Source: Chrysomallon squamiferum (taxonomy: Eukaryota > Animalia > Mollusca). Taken from it: DNA of 64,000 nt. Made by a program: the position numbers and the translations under genes. The stretch lies in contig CM022672.1 of the NCBI GenBank assembly GCA_012295275.1, positions 7,750,001 through 7,814,000 of the forward strand, read 5' to 3'. Position 1 is the stretch's first letter. Every line of letters starts with the position of its first letter. Of the stretch, positions 47,206 to 61,352 are shown one piece after another. The notes beneath the pieces were generated by a model, which saw only the letters and a list, made by a program, of their open reading frames with translations, ran no database searches and was not told where the DNA came from.

Positions 47206-48111
47206 ATGTTCTCAAATGGATCAGAGGCAGTTTTCGAAATCAGTTATGTCGTTTTGACGCCATTGTTTTCCATCCTCGTTTTAGCAGGCATCATGACCAT
47301 AAGCGGGAACATTCTAATCATAATTCTTATTTACCGAATGCCGTCTTTGCAGAAACCAGTTTTCCTCTTGAGCGCCAATATAACAGTAGCTGACCTTGTT
47401 TTTTCACTGTTGTCTCTACCCCAGTACGCGGCAGCACTCATCCTGAATTCTAGAACTCCACCTCTAGGTTTTGTGATGTGCTACGTTCAGGTTTACTCGT
47501 CGAATGCAACCATTGCAACCACGGTCTGCTTCATGGCAGCAACATCAGTATGTCGAACTATACACATCTGTTATCCGAACGTGTACATACAAATGTGTCG
47601 GCAGAGGCCAAAATGGATAATCTTATATTTCTCAGTGTTTTGGATTTTGCCTTTGGTTGTGTGTGCCGCTTGCGATTCCGGAGTAAAATATGACCCACAT
47701 AAGTTTATATGTATCTTCAAGTCGAGACTCTATCTGTACGTGTTTGGCGCAATCATCTACGTTCCTGCGTTTATCATAATGCCGATTGCTTACGGGAAGG
47801 TGGTTTATTCGGTGAGGCAGTCCAGAAGACGGGTAGACAGTCACATATCGGCCACGTCTGGAACTGTGAACATACAAAAGGACAAACACGTGTTTAAGCT
47901 GGTTGTCGCTATCGTGATCGTGTTTGTGTTATCAAACATCATCCCTAGCGTTTTCTACTCGGCCTCGATCTGGTATGACTTGCGAGTAACCGATCTGATT
48001 GGCTCGTGGCTTGGCCGCTTAAGACCAACTGTTAATTTAATTGTTTTTTTCACCACTTGCACTTTTCTAAGAAGTATGGTTTGTAGTCAGTTGTGGATTT
48101 GCTCAAAATAA
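47206..48111 (+). CDS. Divergent class A (rhodopsin-like) orphan GPCR, melatonin-receptor/moody-like, 301 aa
   Basis: Seven hydrophobic segments. TM1 GN, TM2 NITVADL, TM3 Cys followed by SVCRTIHIC (at the DRY/NRY position), TM4 Trp, ECL2 YDPHKFICIF, TM5 P..Y. A splice acceptor ttttag lies 3 nt before the ATG, and AATAAA is at ~48168. Confidence 0.85.
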   Translation: MFSNGSEAVFEISYVVLTPLFSILVLAGIMTISGNILIIILIYRMPSLQKPVFLLSANITVADLVFSLLSLPQYAAALILNSRTPPLGFVMCYVQVYSSNATIATTVCFMAATSVCRTIHICYPNVYIQMCRQRPKWIILYFSVFWILPLVVCAACDSGVKYDPHKFICIFKSRLYLYVFGAIIYVPAFIIMPIAYGKVVYSVRQSRRRVDSHISATSGTVNIQKDKHVFKLVVAIVIVFVLSNIIPSVFYSASIWYDLRVTDLIGSWLGRLRPTVNLIVFFTTCTFLRSMVCSQLWICSK

Positions 48112-48812
48112 TTACAAACGATATTATGCATATTTAGTGTTTGAGTCAACAATGTTTGATTATTATTAATAAAATAAAAAATATTCTTTAATGCACTGTA
48201 TACGGTAACTAAACGTTTTGAATTTGTAAAGTAAAATGACATTTATGAACTTAAAGAGTTCAGTGTATACAGCTTTGGTCACATTTTTATTTTACCAAAT
48301 AGTCTTTAATTCAGCCAAATTATATCGTAATTTCCATATAACTTTTTTTCCTTCTGTATTTATGGATTCATTACTGCCATCTTTTACTCGTTATAACCTT
48401 TTCAAAGATGTCATTTATTTATTGTTGTACGAAGACAAAAAGTCATACAAAGATTCTTTCTTGGTTAGTGTTAACTCCGGTTCCAGCCAGAAATGCAGGA
48501 TATGTGGAAGGTTCCTAAAACAGTCCATTATAATCTCTTTAATCTGACTACTGGGTTTTTTTTCAAGCACAGATTGATGAATAGATTATTGGATGCTACT
48601 TTGGCGTGTGATCTATGGGTCGTGAAATTACTTTGGCATGTGATCTACAATTTAAAGACCAATCGACATTAAAAAAAAAAAAAAAAAATAAAAAATAAAA
48701 TAAATCTAGGAAATTTCTATAAGATAAGAGCGTGTATAGCAGGCAGGTAAAGTAAAACAACAGATTTGTCCTAACTTGGATCGGAAATGGACTAAATGGG
48801 CAAACCCATAAG

Positions 48813-49025
48813 ATGTTGGCCAAAGATTTTCACAACGTGATTAGCGATGAGACGAAGGCAGTTGCATTTTTACGAAGAGGTGGCCTTGTAGATGATGAAG
48901 AAAATGTTGCACCATGTCGTCGTTGTGGTGGAGAAGTTAAGGAAGCTCGAAGAAAAGGGAAAACCGGCGAAATTCTGCAAACTTTACGTTTCAAAACTCG
49001 CGGCCGCAAAACTTCAAATTTGTAA
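48813..49025 (+). mobile_element. Merlin/IS1595-like transposase N-terminal fragment
   Basis: DETKAVAFLRRGGLV..PCRRCGGEVKEARRK resembles the N-terminal Zn-ribbon of eukaryotic Merlin (ISXO2) transposases. Truncated, with no DDE core. Confidence 0.5.
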
Positions 49026-49186
49026 ACCTTTTAGTCCTTGTTCCTATAAATTATAGATATATAATAAAACGAAATTATTGTCTCTTCATTTCTGATCAGT
49101 ATAATCTCTAATTTAATGTTAATAAATATGTAGAAGTGAGTACAAAAAAAAAAAAAATGAAGCTTTGTGTTTTAGGTGTATTGTTA

Positions 49187-49247
<61 letters not shown>

Positions 49248-51857
49248 CTTAAAACAATAACAAGCAGCAGAATTTATCATGTAAACTGACATTTAAGATT
49301 TTAAAGATGGTTTCTTTTCTCTCTCTCAGTTTCTCTCTTTTCTTCCATATTTTTTCCTTTATAATAAATTTAAAAGAATAACTGTAAAATATTAAAACTG
49401 GTGCTAATAGTAGCAATAAGTAGAGCGAAATACTTGGCAGCTAACTAGAAATCGCGGAAATGTCGACAAGAGGAAATAAGAAAATATCTTAGATCGGCAA
49501 CGAGCGAAAAATGTATGCGTGAAATTAATACCTGGATAAAATTACTACAACTAGTAAAGTTATAATAGGTAATCAAATGTAATCAGTGATCTCTCATGCT
49601 AATAAGCACGTTACCAAAGTTGCAGTTTTGAGACGACTTCCAACGAGCATTTTAATATTTATAGTGGAGTTTATAATATCTGTAAGTATATTGTAGGAGG
49701 GAGGGGCGGGTGTTTTTCTGTTTTGATGCGTGCTGTTGCATGTGTATGTACATTTGTTTTTCATGTGAGTTACTGTATGTATTTTGATAATATGACTGAC
49801 GAAGGGTTTGTTTTATTTTTATTTTTATTTTATTTTATTATTACTGGTGAGGAGTAATAGATGTCATTTTTATTTTATTTATACATGTATTAATTTAATT
49901 TTTATTCTTCAGAAGAAAAGTGTACGACACTCAGTTATGAAAATGATCTATCTATCTTTCTATCTATCTATCTATCTATCTATCTATTAAAGATCACAGA
50001 GAAAAATACAATGTTAGAAATGTATTTATAACTTTAAACTATGTCTCGCTGAGCCATCTAAAGGAACCAGCAACAAACAAGTATTATATGTGTGTACATA
50101 TAAATACATACGACGTTAATTTTAGAAATAAAATAATATATTATAATACTTAGAACTAAATATACTGTACAGCTGTGATGACTCAGTGCACTCAGGTCCT
50201 AAACCTTTTTTAAAATTTATTTTTTAATTTTTTAGAAATAGCGTACTACATACGAACGAAATATGACAAGAATATAATTCCATACGTTGTGTCGCGAAAG
50301 AAAAGGCAAAAAATATTTTTTTTTAAGTTTTTTTGTTTTTTTTAAAAGCTATAAAGCTCCGAGTACCTCGTTTGTATATCTTAATCTAGCATGCTCCTCC
50401 ACTCCAATCGCCTTAATTAAGGAATATTTCAATATAATACGCGTCAATATATCCCATAGAACGTCTACATAAAACAACAACAACAACAACAACAATAATA
50501 ATAATAATAATAACAATAACAATAATAATAATAAAAACTTTCATACTGCTAAAGCAGAACTCACTTATAAAATCCATTAATTATAAGTAAAGTAAACCTT
50601 TTTTAGCAAAAATGACACACACATCTAATAAGTAAAATATATATATTTAATGGTACTACTATTGTGAAAAGATAAAATAAATACACAATATGTTACTATT
50701 GTATATAAATTATATAATCGACCAAGTGCTAACTAAACCCTATTTTACTGATAAATCTGTAACCAAAACGTACTATACTGCAACTGATAAAATTTCATCT
50801 TCAGATAATGAATAGTGTCGAATTGTTGTAGAAATAACTTTACTTTTATTTATTTAGTTGTTGTTGTTGTTCTTGTTTATATTACAATACTGCAAATTTC
50901 ACAATGACTTTATCTATAATCAAATAACTAAAATAATTAAACTAACTAAACCAAATGGTAGTAGCAGTTGCTTCCCTTAGATGATGCAGACTTAAAACGT
51001 TTTTTTTTTTTGCTACTTTTGCTGCTGTTACAGCTTCATACAAAATAACGTTTAATAATAATGAATACCGTTTAAAACAGAATACCAGAAAACACACTGT
51101 GTGTGATGAATACTTGTGTGTCTAGGTTTGTGGATCTGGTCAGTAAAAGAGCGATACTACTGTTTAGGTAAAAATAAATTGCTGAATTGTTTTTCTTCCC
51201 AGTCAGTGTCCACGAATGTTTTACCAAACTGAGAGTGTACGTGCTGTCCTGTCAACAGAAAAATGTTAACAGGTAAGAATCATCTTTATGTAAGAAAATG
51301 TAAGACTGGCAGAAATATTGTACTGAAATATTTTCTGAGTCATTTATTTAACACATTCAGGGTAGAATTATGTCAGCTAACGAGTTATTACAGAAAATAC
51401 ACTAACGGTGTAAATTAATCTTGCACGAGACCCTCTATACCTACATAATATATTATAAAATACCTCGCCATATCATTTATTTACTCATCTTTTCTGATAG
51501 ATATACGACAGATTAATTAAAGGTCTGCAAATTAATTTAATTATATGTATATTTTGTACAATAATTATTTAGTCGTAAAACTCGATAGAAATGTAGTGTT
51601 ATTATTCTCTCTTGACAGTTGTCAAACAGAGCCTGTATAGTTACCCATATCTTAGATTTACACAGCTTGAAGGGGCTTGGTTTTTATGTTACACACTGAT
51701 TCTTTCTAAACTCTTATCCAATAGACTTCTGTCTTATACACATTCATAAGAAACATCTCAAATATTCATGTCAAAAGTCAGCCAATTTTATTATCTGTTG
51801 CCGGACAAGAGTTCCACGACTTTTCATAAGGCCTCATTGTGTCTGATTCAATCCCGG

Positions 51858-52946
51858 TCACAAAGGCGTTTCTTGGCAGTCTTTCTGGGTTAGAGTTTTA
51901 ACAACACCGAGTTTGGTCGTCAGCACATTATTTTTCTCCTTCCAAGAATGAAAAGTTTTCATCAGCGCAGTTTTGAATGGCTGGTGTGAAAGATAATACA
52001 GAAGAGGGTTAAGCATGGAGTTGGTGTACGCCAGCCACATGGTCGTTCCGTAAACAATGTCCGACACCGTGTAGCCAATGAACGGATTCATCAACGTTAC
52101 CACCACAGACGGTATCCAGCATACTGAGAACGTCACAAGAAGAATTCCAATGGATTTGGCCGCCTTCAGCTCCTGTTTCAGCAGCTTTTCCTTTCTGCTT
52201 GCTTCCCCGATCGTCAAGCTTCTGATTTTCAAGGCTTGCTCTTTAGCTACTTTGAAGATCATGAAGTAACAGAAGAGCATGACGAGAAGAGAGGCCGCGA
52301 AGACGAGGAACACGATTAAACTGTATGTCTTGTTGGCGAAGAAAGGACAGTGGCCCATGGCGTGAGATGACGGCTTGACGCAAGCGTGCCACTCCTCCAG
52401 GTCTATCCTGTACCACTTCGTCATTATAGGAAGGAAGGAGAGTGAAATGGGGAAGGTCCAACACGTGAGAATCATGAAAAAGATGGAACGTTTCCCGACT
52501 CTCTCGTATAAGAAAGGTTTTGTTATTGAGAGGTATCTGTCGATTGCTAGGAAAGTCAGTTGTGTAATAGACACCGAGCACAGATAGTTGTCCAGTGACG
52601 CCATTATGAGACAAACCATGGTTCCCACTTTGTAGTCGTTGTCTATCCAAGTCAGAAATATGCTGAGTGGCATTGGTCCCAAAGCTATGCACATATCCGA
52701 AATCGCCAGCGAAACAACCAGACCATTTGTCTTTGTTCTAAGCGATTTGTGAATTAGAATAGAAGCGACCACTACGCTGTTATCAAGGAAAGTGGCAACG
52801 GTGATCAGAATCATCAAACTGCACAGAAGTATTTGGATTTCCTCAGAAAAATACATAGTTGATGGTTCTGGTGGTCCTTTTTTCAGGACTTCCTCGCAGT
52901 AAACTGTTAAATTAAAATCTGTTGCATTTTTTCCTGATTCAGCCAT
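51858..52946 (-). CDS. Aminergic class A GPCR, 5-HT4/TAAR/H2-like, 362 aa, single coding exon
   Basis: N-glycosylation sites in the N-terminus, TM2 SLAISD, TM3 amine-binding Asp (ASLDNYLCSVSI), DRY, TM4 WTFPISLSFLPIM, ECL2 CPFFANKTY, TM6 AAKSIGI..FSVCWIP, TM7 WLAYTNSMLNPLLY. Minus-strand acceptor at 53149-53150. Confidence 0.92.
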   Translation of the reverse strand: MAESGKNATDFNLTVYCEEVLKKGPPEPSTMYFSEEIQILLCSLMILITVATFLDNSVVVASILIHKSLRTKTNGLVVSLAISDMCIALGPMPLSIFLTWIDNDYKVGTMVCLIMASLDNYLCSVSITQLTFLAIDRYLSITKPFLYERVGKRSIFFMILTCWTFPISLSFLPIMTKWYRIDLEEWHACVKPSSHAMGHCPFFANKTYSLIVFLVFAASLLVMLFCYFMIFKVAKEQALKIRSLTIGEASRKEKLLKQELKAAKSIGILLVTFSVCWIPSVVVTLMNPFIGYTVSDIVYGTTMWLAYTNSMLNPLLYYLSHQPFKTALMKTFHSWKEKNNVLTTKLGVVKTLTQKDCQETPL

Positions 52947-53437
52947 TTTATCAGCCTTTCAACTGTGATTTTTACTGCCTAATAAACGTAGTCACTGCTT
53001 TATTAAAATCGTCAGAAAGCTATTTTCATAATCGTTTTCTCTCTTTATAAACCATGTCATCACTGGTCCGGACATTGATATGCATTTTCAGTCAGTCAAA
53101 CCCGTATACAGATAAACATGGAGTCACTGCTTCAAAAGCACGAACAACCTACAGAATAAAAGAAAGTAATTAACATCGCAGCTTAATATTTGAGTAGGCA
53201 CACCGTGTTGAACTGGCTTACAGACAATATTAAAATAATGCACGCCTTATTATAATTAAAATCATGCACCTCAGAAAAGCCAGAGCAATGAACTAACAAA
53301 GCATGTGACAATAAGTTATTTTTGTTTGGTGTGTTTAATTAATGTACGTTATACCAGCTTACTAATCCACACAAGTAACTGTCCACATCTATCGTGTAAA
53401 ACCGATAGAAAATTACAGCTCACCTACAATTACATAT

Positions 53438-53481
<44 letters not shown>

Positions 53482-53818
53482 GATACACAAACATACATAC
53501 ATACATATATATACATATGAGCAGATACACAATTACATATACACAAATATGTACATAAACATGCATACACATTTACACACACACAAATACATATACACAT
53601 GTATACACATACTCATCTGCACACATATTCGATATGAGATTTTACTACACACAAGGAAAGGATGACAGTCTCAGTGGGACTGATTTTACACGCTGTTTGT
53701 TAGAATTAACGTAAGGATTCACCTCCCGCTGTAGACATTCACTTTACACGTCTTGCTAAACAATCCTGTTTCTATGTTGTTGGTATCTGCGGGTTGTATA
53801 TTTTTTAATAATATAATA

Positions 53819-53856
<38 letters not shown>

Positions 53857-54020
53857 ATGTATGTATGTATAAATGTATGGCATGATGTATGTGTGTATGT
53901 ATGTATGTGTCAGGTATATATAATAAGCTACTTTTTACATGCATCTTTCCACCTGTTTGACGGTCTGCCATCTCCTTACCTCACCACTGAAATCAATAAT
54001 GTCCGGCTAAATTGAGTAAT

Positions 54021-54057
<37 letters not shown>

Positions 54058-54186
54058 TATTTAAAAAACAAATAAAAAAAAAAATAAATAATAATAATAA
54101 TAATAATAAAAACAAATAATAATAATAATAATAAATTAAATAAATAAATAAATATTTTTATTTTTCCAAGCAAATTTCTATGTTTT

Positions 54187-54273
<87 letters not shown>

Positions 54274-55399
54274 ACACACACACACATATTCGAACACACA
54301 CACACACACACACACAAAAAAAAAAAATATAAAAAGACGATAAAAACAACAAACAGGAAATAGCCTGATTATTTTGTTGCATTACTGTATTGCTTTGTAA
54401 TGTTGGTTTCCATTAACCGAGAGTTAAGCAAACATATTTAGGCTTTTAGTACCATCACAAAAAAGAAAGAAAGAAAGAAATACACCTTTAATCAGCAGCA
54501 AAAAATAATTTGAAAGAAGAGTTAAGTAGGACTGACGAAATCGTCAATATAAATTGTTTGCTTTAGTGTGTTAAATGAAAATAGAGTAATCGTGATTTCA
54601 GTCCGCCATCTTTAATAGCGTTTTATTTTTACTGTAGCCTGCACGTTACGGTTCAGAAATAAAAGTCTTGTGTACGGCTTGGTTAGTCAGAAGATAAAAC
54701 CTTCTCCGTTCTCATTTCCCGATCCAAGCAGTGGCTCACACTGGTTTATTATAAGGCATGACATGTGTTTTTTTTTTTTTTGTTTTTTTTTTTCTATCTA
54801 TGATAAACAAATATTTGAGTAAACAAATATCAACGATCCATTGCTATTTTACAGCACGAAACTTCATGAAAGGGGCCGCATTGAGTTAATTATTTCATGT
54901 CATCATAACAAGGTCTATGGAAACCATAGGTTTTTTTTTGATATCTAATAAAATGTTGATTTTGGGAGTTGGGTTTTCCGAAATTCTCTATATAAATTTC
55001 TTCTTATTATAAATTCTATTCTGTTTAATAATAATTAAAAAAAAATATTTATGACACCATAATCCTGAAGTGTGGCTATAAGTAGCCTGAAAATGACATC
55101 TCTATCTGCCAGTATCAGTTAATATTGAAGATAAATCTGTCGCAAAGCTTTATTAATAACAGACAGGACAGTTCCCTAAAAATATCATCTGCTGTACATG
55201 TGTATTATTTAATTTTATCATGACCATCATCATTATCAACTTCATTGCTCTTAGCACTATTACTACTGCTACTACTAGTGCTAATAAATAAATAAATAAA
55301 TAAATAAATATTTTCATGATTCTGATGTATTCTCTTAAAGAAAATTTAAAGAAAAAACCCACCATTACCTTAGGCTCCATGAAAACAAAGCAAATCCAT

Positions 55400-55490
55400 C
55401 ACTGTATTTAATCCACTGTTTCATGTGAAACATACTACACTGTAGTTAATCCAGTGTTTCACGTGAAACATACTACACTGTAGATAATCC
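55400..55490. repeat. Short 37-bp tandem duplication
   Basis: ATCCASTGTTTCAYGTGAAACATACTACACTGTAG occurs twice, plus a partial copy. Confidence 0.7.
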
Positions 55491-55632
55491 CTTAGCTTCA
55501 TCCAACCTGCTAATCCGATATTTAACTGTCTTTTATTATATTTTTAAATATTTTTTTTTTTCTAATTAATATGCTACAAATAAATACGTTTTACATATCA
55601 ATATATTTCTGTTTTGTGTGGGCGTGAATATA

Positions 55633-55678
<46 letters not shown>

Positions 55679-56230
55679 TGCAGATTTCAATCAGTCAGTA
55701 ACATACATGATTCAACTTACAGGCAATCACGTGTGACATGATAACGTGCATCCCACCTGGCAGACGAGCTCGAAGAAATGGAGCGAATTTCAGCAGACAA
55801 TAAAATAACTGTATCTCCAAGCCAAAAATACATTTTTTAAATAATAGTCATGGCTGAGGCTAATTAGTGAACAATAACACAGCAGTCGTGTTCATTATAG
55901 AAGTTCACGTGACGATTACTACCGGTCAGTGTGTTTAGTAGGAAAACAGTACACATCAGTTCCAGTCATTAAACGAAATTACTCTTTGGCAAATAGTACC
56001 GAAGGGAAAATATTTATATCCTTGGAGACCGATTTCGAGAAACAATTTCTCGTTACTATAATGCGGATCCATTTGGGGGTACTTCCGTCGGCCCCTCCTA
56101 ACATTTCTGATGATTAATGTTGTCTTTTCTTGCTTTGGGTTGTTTTTTTTTTTTTTTTGTTCTATGTAATGAAATACAGTTTCTTCATTTATAAATATCC
56201 ATAAAATCATAAATATGGCACAAATATTCA

Positions 56231-56276
<46 letters not shown>

Positions 56277-56992
56277 TAAATAAATAAATAAAATACCACC
56301 CCCAAAAACAAAACAACAACAACAACAACAAAAAAAAAAAAAAAATAATAATAATAATAATAGTAATAATAAAAGTAAAATAAAAAATAAAAAATAAAAA
56401 GTAAAAAATAAAAACAATGGCTGCATGAGCGTTACAAACTGATAAACAATGACTTCCGACATTAGTTCGATGACCTGTGACATATGCTCATCTGTGCATG
56501 AAGCATTTTGAAATTGTGTTTCAGTAACGGATGAAATCACCATAAATATTATTTACAAACAATTATTACAGAATTACGCTCATACATATTTTTGGCTTAT
56601 TTGTTCCACAAGCATAACAGTTAAAAAGTATATAATTATGAACAAAACCGTATGTTTGAATCTCTCTGTGTCTATCTGTTTTTCTGCCTGTCTGTATCTC
56701 TGTCTGTATGTAGGTATGGGTGTATGAATGCGTGTGTTTAAGTGTATACACACGTAACATATATACGTGTCTTTGTATATGCATTTATACACACATACAC
56801 ACACATTCATAATATACACATACATACATACACACAAATATACATACACAATATATACATATATATAGATATAGATACACGCACACATACATACATAGGT
56901 ATGTATATGCATGTATGTGTGTATATACACACACACACACATATATATACACACTAACACATATATACATACATACATTAATACCCACAGGC

Positions 56993-57024
<32 letters not shown>

Positions 57025-57619
57025 TTACAAATGTATATGTATAAATTATAAATTCTTTACCTTAACATGATTTTCATCTTTCATCACTGCAAACATGTAG
57101 AGCAAAAACTGACACAGTTTTTACGTGTATGTTTGTTTTAAATGCTATTTTTAAGAAATACTTTTATTCTAATGACGAAACGCGTCGTTCGTAGTAACAG
57201 CAGGATTTTTATAAATACACTGACAATAGATTATAGTAAATACATTCCTGAGTCCAGTGGAGTTGGATTTTTATAAAAACCTGACATTGGAGTAACATCA
57301 CGTATGGTCGGCTGTTGTTTTACGTATGTGACTGAATTTGCTCTGTAAAATAGTCTTAAACTTTGTATATTTTCTGGTTTCTTTAAAATTAGGTCTCGGA
57401 TTGGAAACTAATAAATGCTTAATAAATAAAAACAACAAGGTAAAATAATGAAAATAATATTTAAATAATTAAGAAATGAACGGTAAAAAGAAGATAAGGA
57501 TGATGACAAAACAATATTTGGCTATTTTTGTTTGTTATTAACTTACGAAAAAATAAAAATAAAGCTTCTTTACAGACACACCCACGGTTTAAACAAAAAT
57601 CTAAATTATAATTATAAAT

Positions 57620-57708
<89 letters not shown>

Positions 57709-60700
57709 TATATATATGCTTTATTTTAACTTTTTCTTTTTTATTATTATTAGTTTTAAATTATCAGTTCATTTGTTTGTCGTTATGTCGTCCTTCTTTA
57801 TTTATTTTTATTTGTTTCATTTATCTCTTTATCTATATTTATCTTTTTGTTTTGAATCTTTTTAACACAGGCAGGCGACTTTGTCGGTTGATTGACTAGG
57901 TTATTAACGTCTTGATTTCAACATTTTCATCCTGTAGTTGGCATAAATTTCATTTTTAAATGAGTTTAATTTCGCATATTCACAAAACAGTTTATATGTA
58001 TTGGTTTTTCATTTCATCTGTTTAAAAATGTGACATGGAGGTTTGTTTTGTTTTATGTTAACGGGCTTGTTTTTATAAGGATATAAAGAATATAAGTTTC
58101 ACACAATAATTATTCAGTGCAAACAACAAATGTGTTTTATTTATTTATTTATTTATTTATACTAGTTAAGAGACGTGCACACAGATAAAAACAAACACAC
58201 ACACACATACAAACAAACTTGACAGTAAAATTAAAATTAAAATTAAAATTATGAAAAAAATAACTTTAAGAAATTTCACGAATTGGCAGTTTAAATAGAA
58301 ATATATAAAATAAAATATGTAATAAGTAATAATCTGACAGTCTGATGATATACTACCATTTTATTATTTTTTTTAAAACTACATATCCATTTACGAAGTC
58401 AGATTACTACTACAACTTCTACAACTGCTACTAATACTACTATTAAAGAAAGGTAAGAAAGAAAGAAATCAATTTTATACAAGTTATCTCAGTTTACTGG
58501 GACTGTAAAAAAAAAAAAAAATAAAAAATAAAATAAAATTTCTTTTAAAGTTCACTCAAATTTCAAGAAGCTATACTCGTGGCAAAACAAAATCATTCAT
58601 TTGACAGATAGGATAACTCTGTTGTATTTTTAAGAGGGCGCCACTGTATGCCAAATATGTCGGCCTACAAAACTTTAACTTGCATTTCACCTAACTTGTT
58701 ACAAATATTTATTTTAAGGATTCTTTTAACTGACGAACTTTAATGGATGGGTAAAATAATTTAAATAACTGCTGTATTTTTTTATGCGTTCTTAGAGTAA
58801 AAGAAAACTATTTTGAATACATTTCTGTCAGTGTCATAGTCATTTGGCACTTGCACGTCTTGCAAATTATACCATATATAGATACAGGTATGTGACAAAA
58901 GTCATCTTGCGCAGCAGCGAAATGTCTTCGGCTTTTTGTGGTACATATTAGGTGCCCTCGAAGAGGGTTCCATTATTTAAACGTCGTCATTATTTTAAGA
59001 TAATTTTCCAAAATAATAAATATCATGATGTATGCAGATTTAGATTCATCTTCGTATTCTTTCCTTGCTTATCACAGGCATAGGAACCTTGATACGCTTG
59101 AATCAACAGAGAAGTTTACAAAGGTAAACGTTATTGGAACTTTAAAATATATAATAAATGCAGATTATGACTTTCTCAATCTGTCAAATGTCAAACAAAT
59201 GTAGCAAATACTTAATTTGCAGTAACACGATGTGTGGCATTTCTCACCAAATGACGTGACCATAGCCAGTGTTTGCTGTAGCTGAGAAGTTTTATACCAA
59301 ACTTGTTATCAGTTATTTTATTGTGTGATTGATTACTTAATAGGCAGTATAGGGCAGGTTTAGATGAACATGTGCATTTTATTTCTGTTAAAGATGTTGA
59401 TTATCAAGAAAGTTCTTAGAATGTTGGCAGCTAAGCTTAGAGGCATATTTGGAGATTGGAAATTATGAGACCATGATCTCATGCTAATAACTTAACTAGG
59501 TGAATATTCGGTCTGTCACTGATATAGAATACTAAGTTTCAAACATTAAATCATTTATGTGATTTTATTTGCTGTACTCTGAGTATATATGTATGTTAGC
59601 CAGTGTATCTGAATATTTGACGAAAGTGTTTATTATTCTCAAAACTAAGACAAATCTTTAATTCATTTCCTCCACTTTTTTCCTTAGGAAATGACACCAA
59701 AGAAAAAAAGAACTGTTAGTACTTGACAGACAACTTTAGCCAGCCCAGTCCTGCTGGTATTACTGCATGTAAAGAGGGCATATTCTGTTCATTCACATGG
59801 AGAATGGAATCTGAAAGCAGCTGGTAAAATTGTCAGGATTGTGTAATGTTAAACATTTCTCTATGCAAAAATTACCAACCTGGTCAGTAAAAATGTTGAA
59901 AAATAACAAATATTTTTCACACGAAAGTGACTGATGCTTTTTGAAGCAGTTTGCCAAGAAGAATTTCACATTTCAGTTCCTTCTGCAGATACCCCAACCT
60001 AAATTCTACTCAGTTTCTGAGAGAGTTGAGACAATGGTCCATTGCAGCAGTCCCTAACCTCACATCCAGTTCCCTAATCTGAACCCCTTCAACCACTGTC
60101 TGTTCCATCTTTGTTTTCACTATGCCTAGGAGAAACTGTTGAAACTGTGGTCATGAAAAAACCCACCTTAGTCATATCTCCATTGCCATGTCAGTAAAGC
60201 ATTTCAGAGTACACCAACTAGAAACTTTCTTAGAGCTGAAGAATTCACAGCTAGGAAAGCAAAACTGAGGCAATGGCAGTGTGTTTCAAAGAGAAAATTT
60301 CAAATGTCAAAAGATTTCAAGAAAGTTTAGACAACTCAGATAGAAACTTCAGGAAGCAAAATATTCTTCAGTTAGAGTGAAACTGTCAAAGCTTTGAAAA
60401 GAGAAAAAGGTTTGAGTGGAGAAAAAAATTAAAGTATAGTAACTTCAACAAAAGCACAAGAAACTGAAGGAAAGAAAAAGACAGAACTTAAACAAGAACA
60501 GGAAAATCCAGGCATAAGGCAAATTAATACTAATTAACTGCAGAAAAATAAATATTAGCAAAATGTTTCAAATGTACAAGACATTACAGTTTATTAAACA
60601 TTTCATCTTTTTTATATATATACTGGTTTGATTTCTGTGAAGTTTTCAAGAAATTCATAATTGAGGCATTGGGTAGATTGGAGTGCTAATAAGTGCAATT

Positions 60701-61352
60701 AAATAAAATTAATGAATGTTAGCAATGTGCATAACAATTGCTCTAGAACTCAATAAATGCTTCATTTTGGCATTTAATTTATGTGTAAAGGTTTCAAACG
60801 ATATGTAATGTTCACTATATGTTGCTAAGTAAAACAGTCTGTCCATAGAGTTTGAAAGAAATGCACCAATGAAAATTTTGTCACATACCTACAAGTTAAT
60901 GCAGGTCTGCATATTAAATCATCCAGTGTCCATTTTTATACTAATATTTTTAGAAAAAGAAAGAGAAAATGTCAAAAGCAAAATTAATTTATTATTACGT
61001 ATCTCCTGTATAAACAGTTATTATAAATGTTGATGTCAGTGATTCAGACTTGAATTTGAAGTACACAATCAGTAATGTTATTTAACTGTAAATTATAACT
61101 GAAATATTCCCAACATTAGTATATAGAAATATCATCCTGTGCTAATTCTATCATGTGATTTATTTAGTCATTTTGTCAACAAAGATCGTTATAAATCTGT
61201 CACCAATATGTATCAGTTTGTCTTTACAGCACTGACACTGAAATTATTAATTTAATATGTAGTGTTTAAATTGTTCTGGTTTTTTTTGGTGGTTTTTTTA
61301 ATAGAGATTTAATTATTTCAGGCTGTTAGCACCTGATGTGCAAACAAACAAG

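Noticed and set aside
47990-48045. GPCR 47206-48111 as an opsin
   Set aside because: No Lys in TM7 and no NPxxY or opsin-like loops.
55721-57200. Minus-strand donor-like sites (55720, 57060) as 5' UTR exons of the aminergic GPCR
   Set aside because: Plausible, but unsupported without transcripts.
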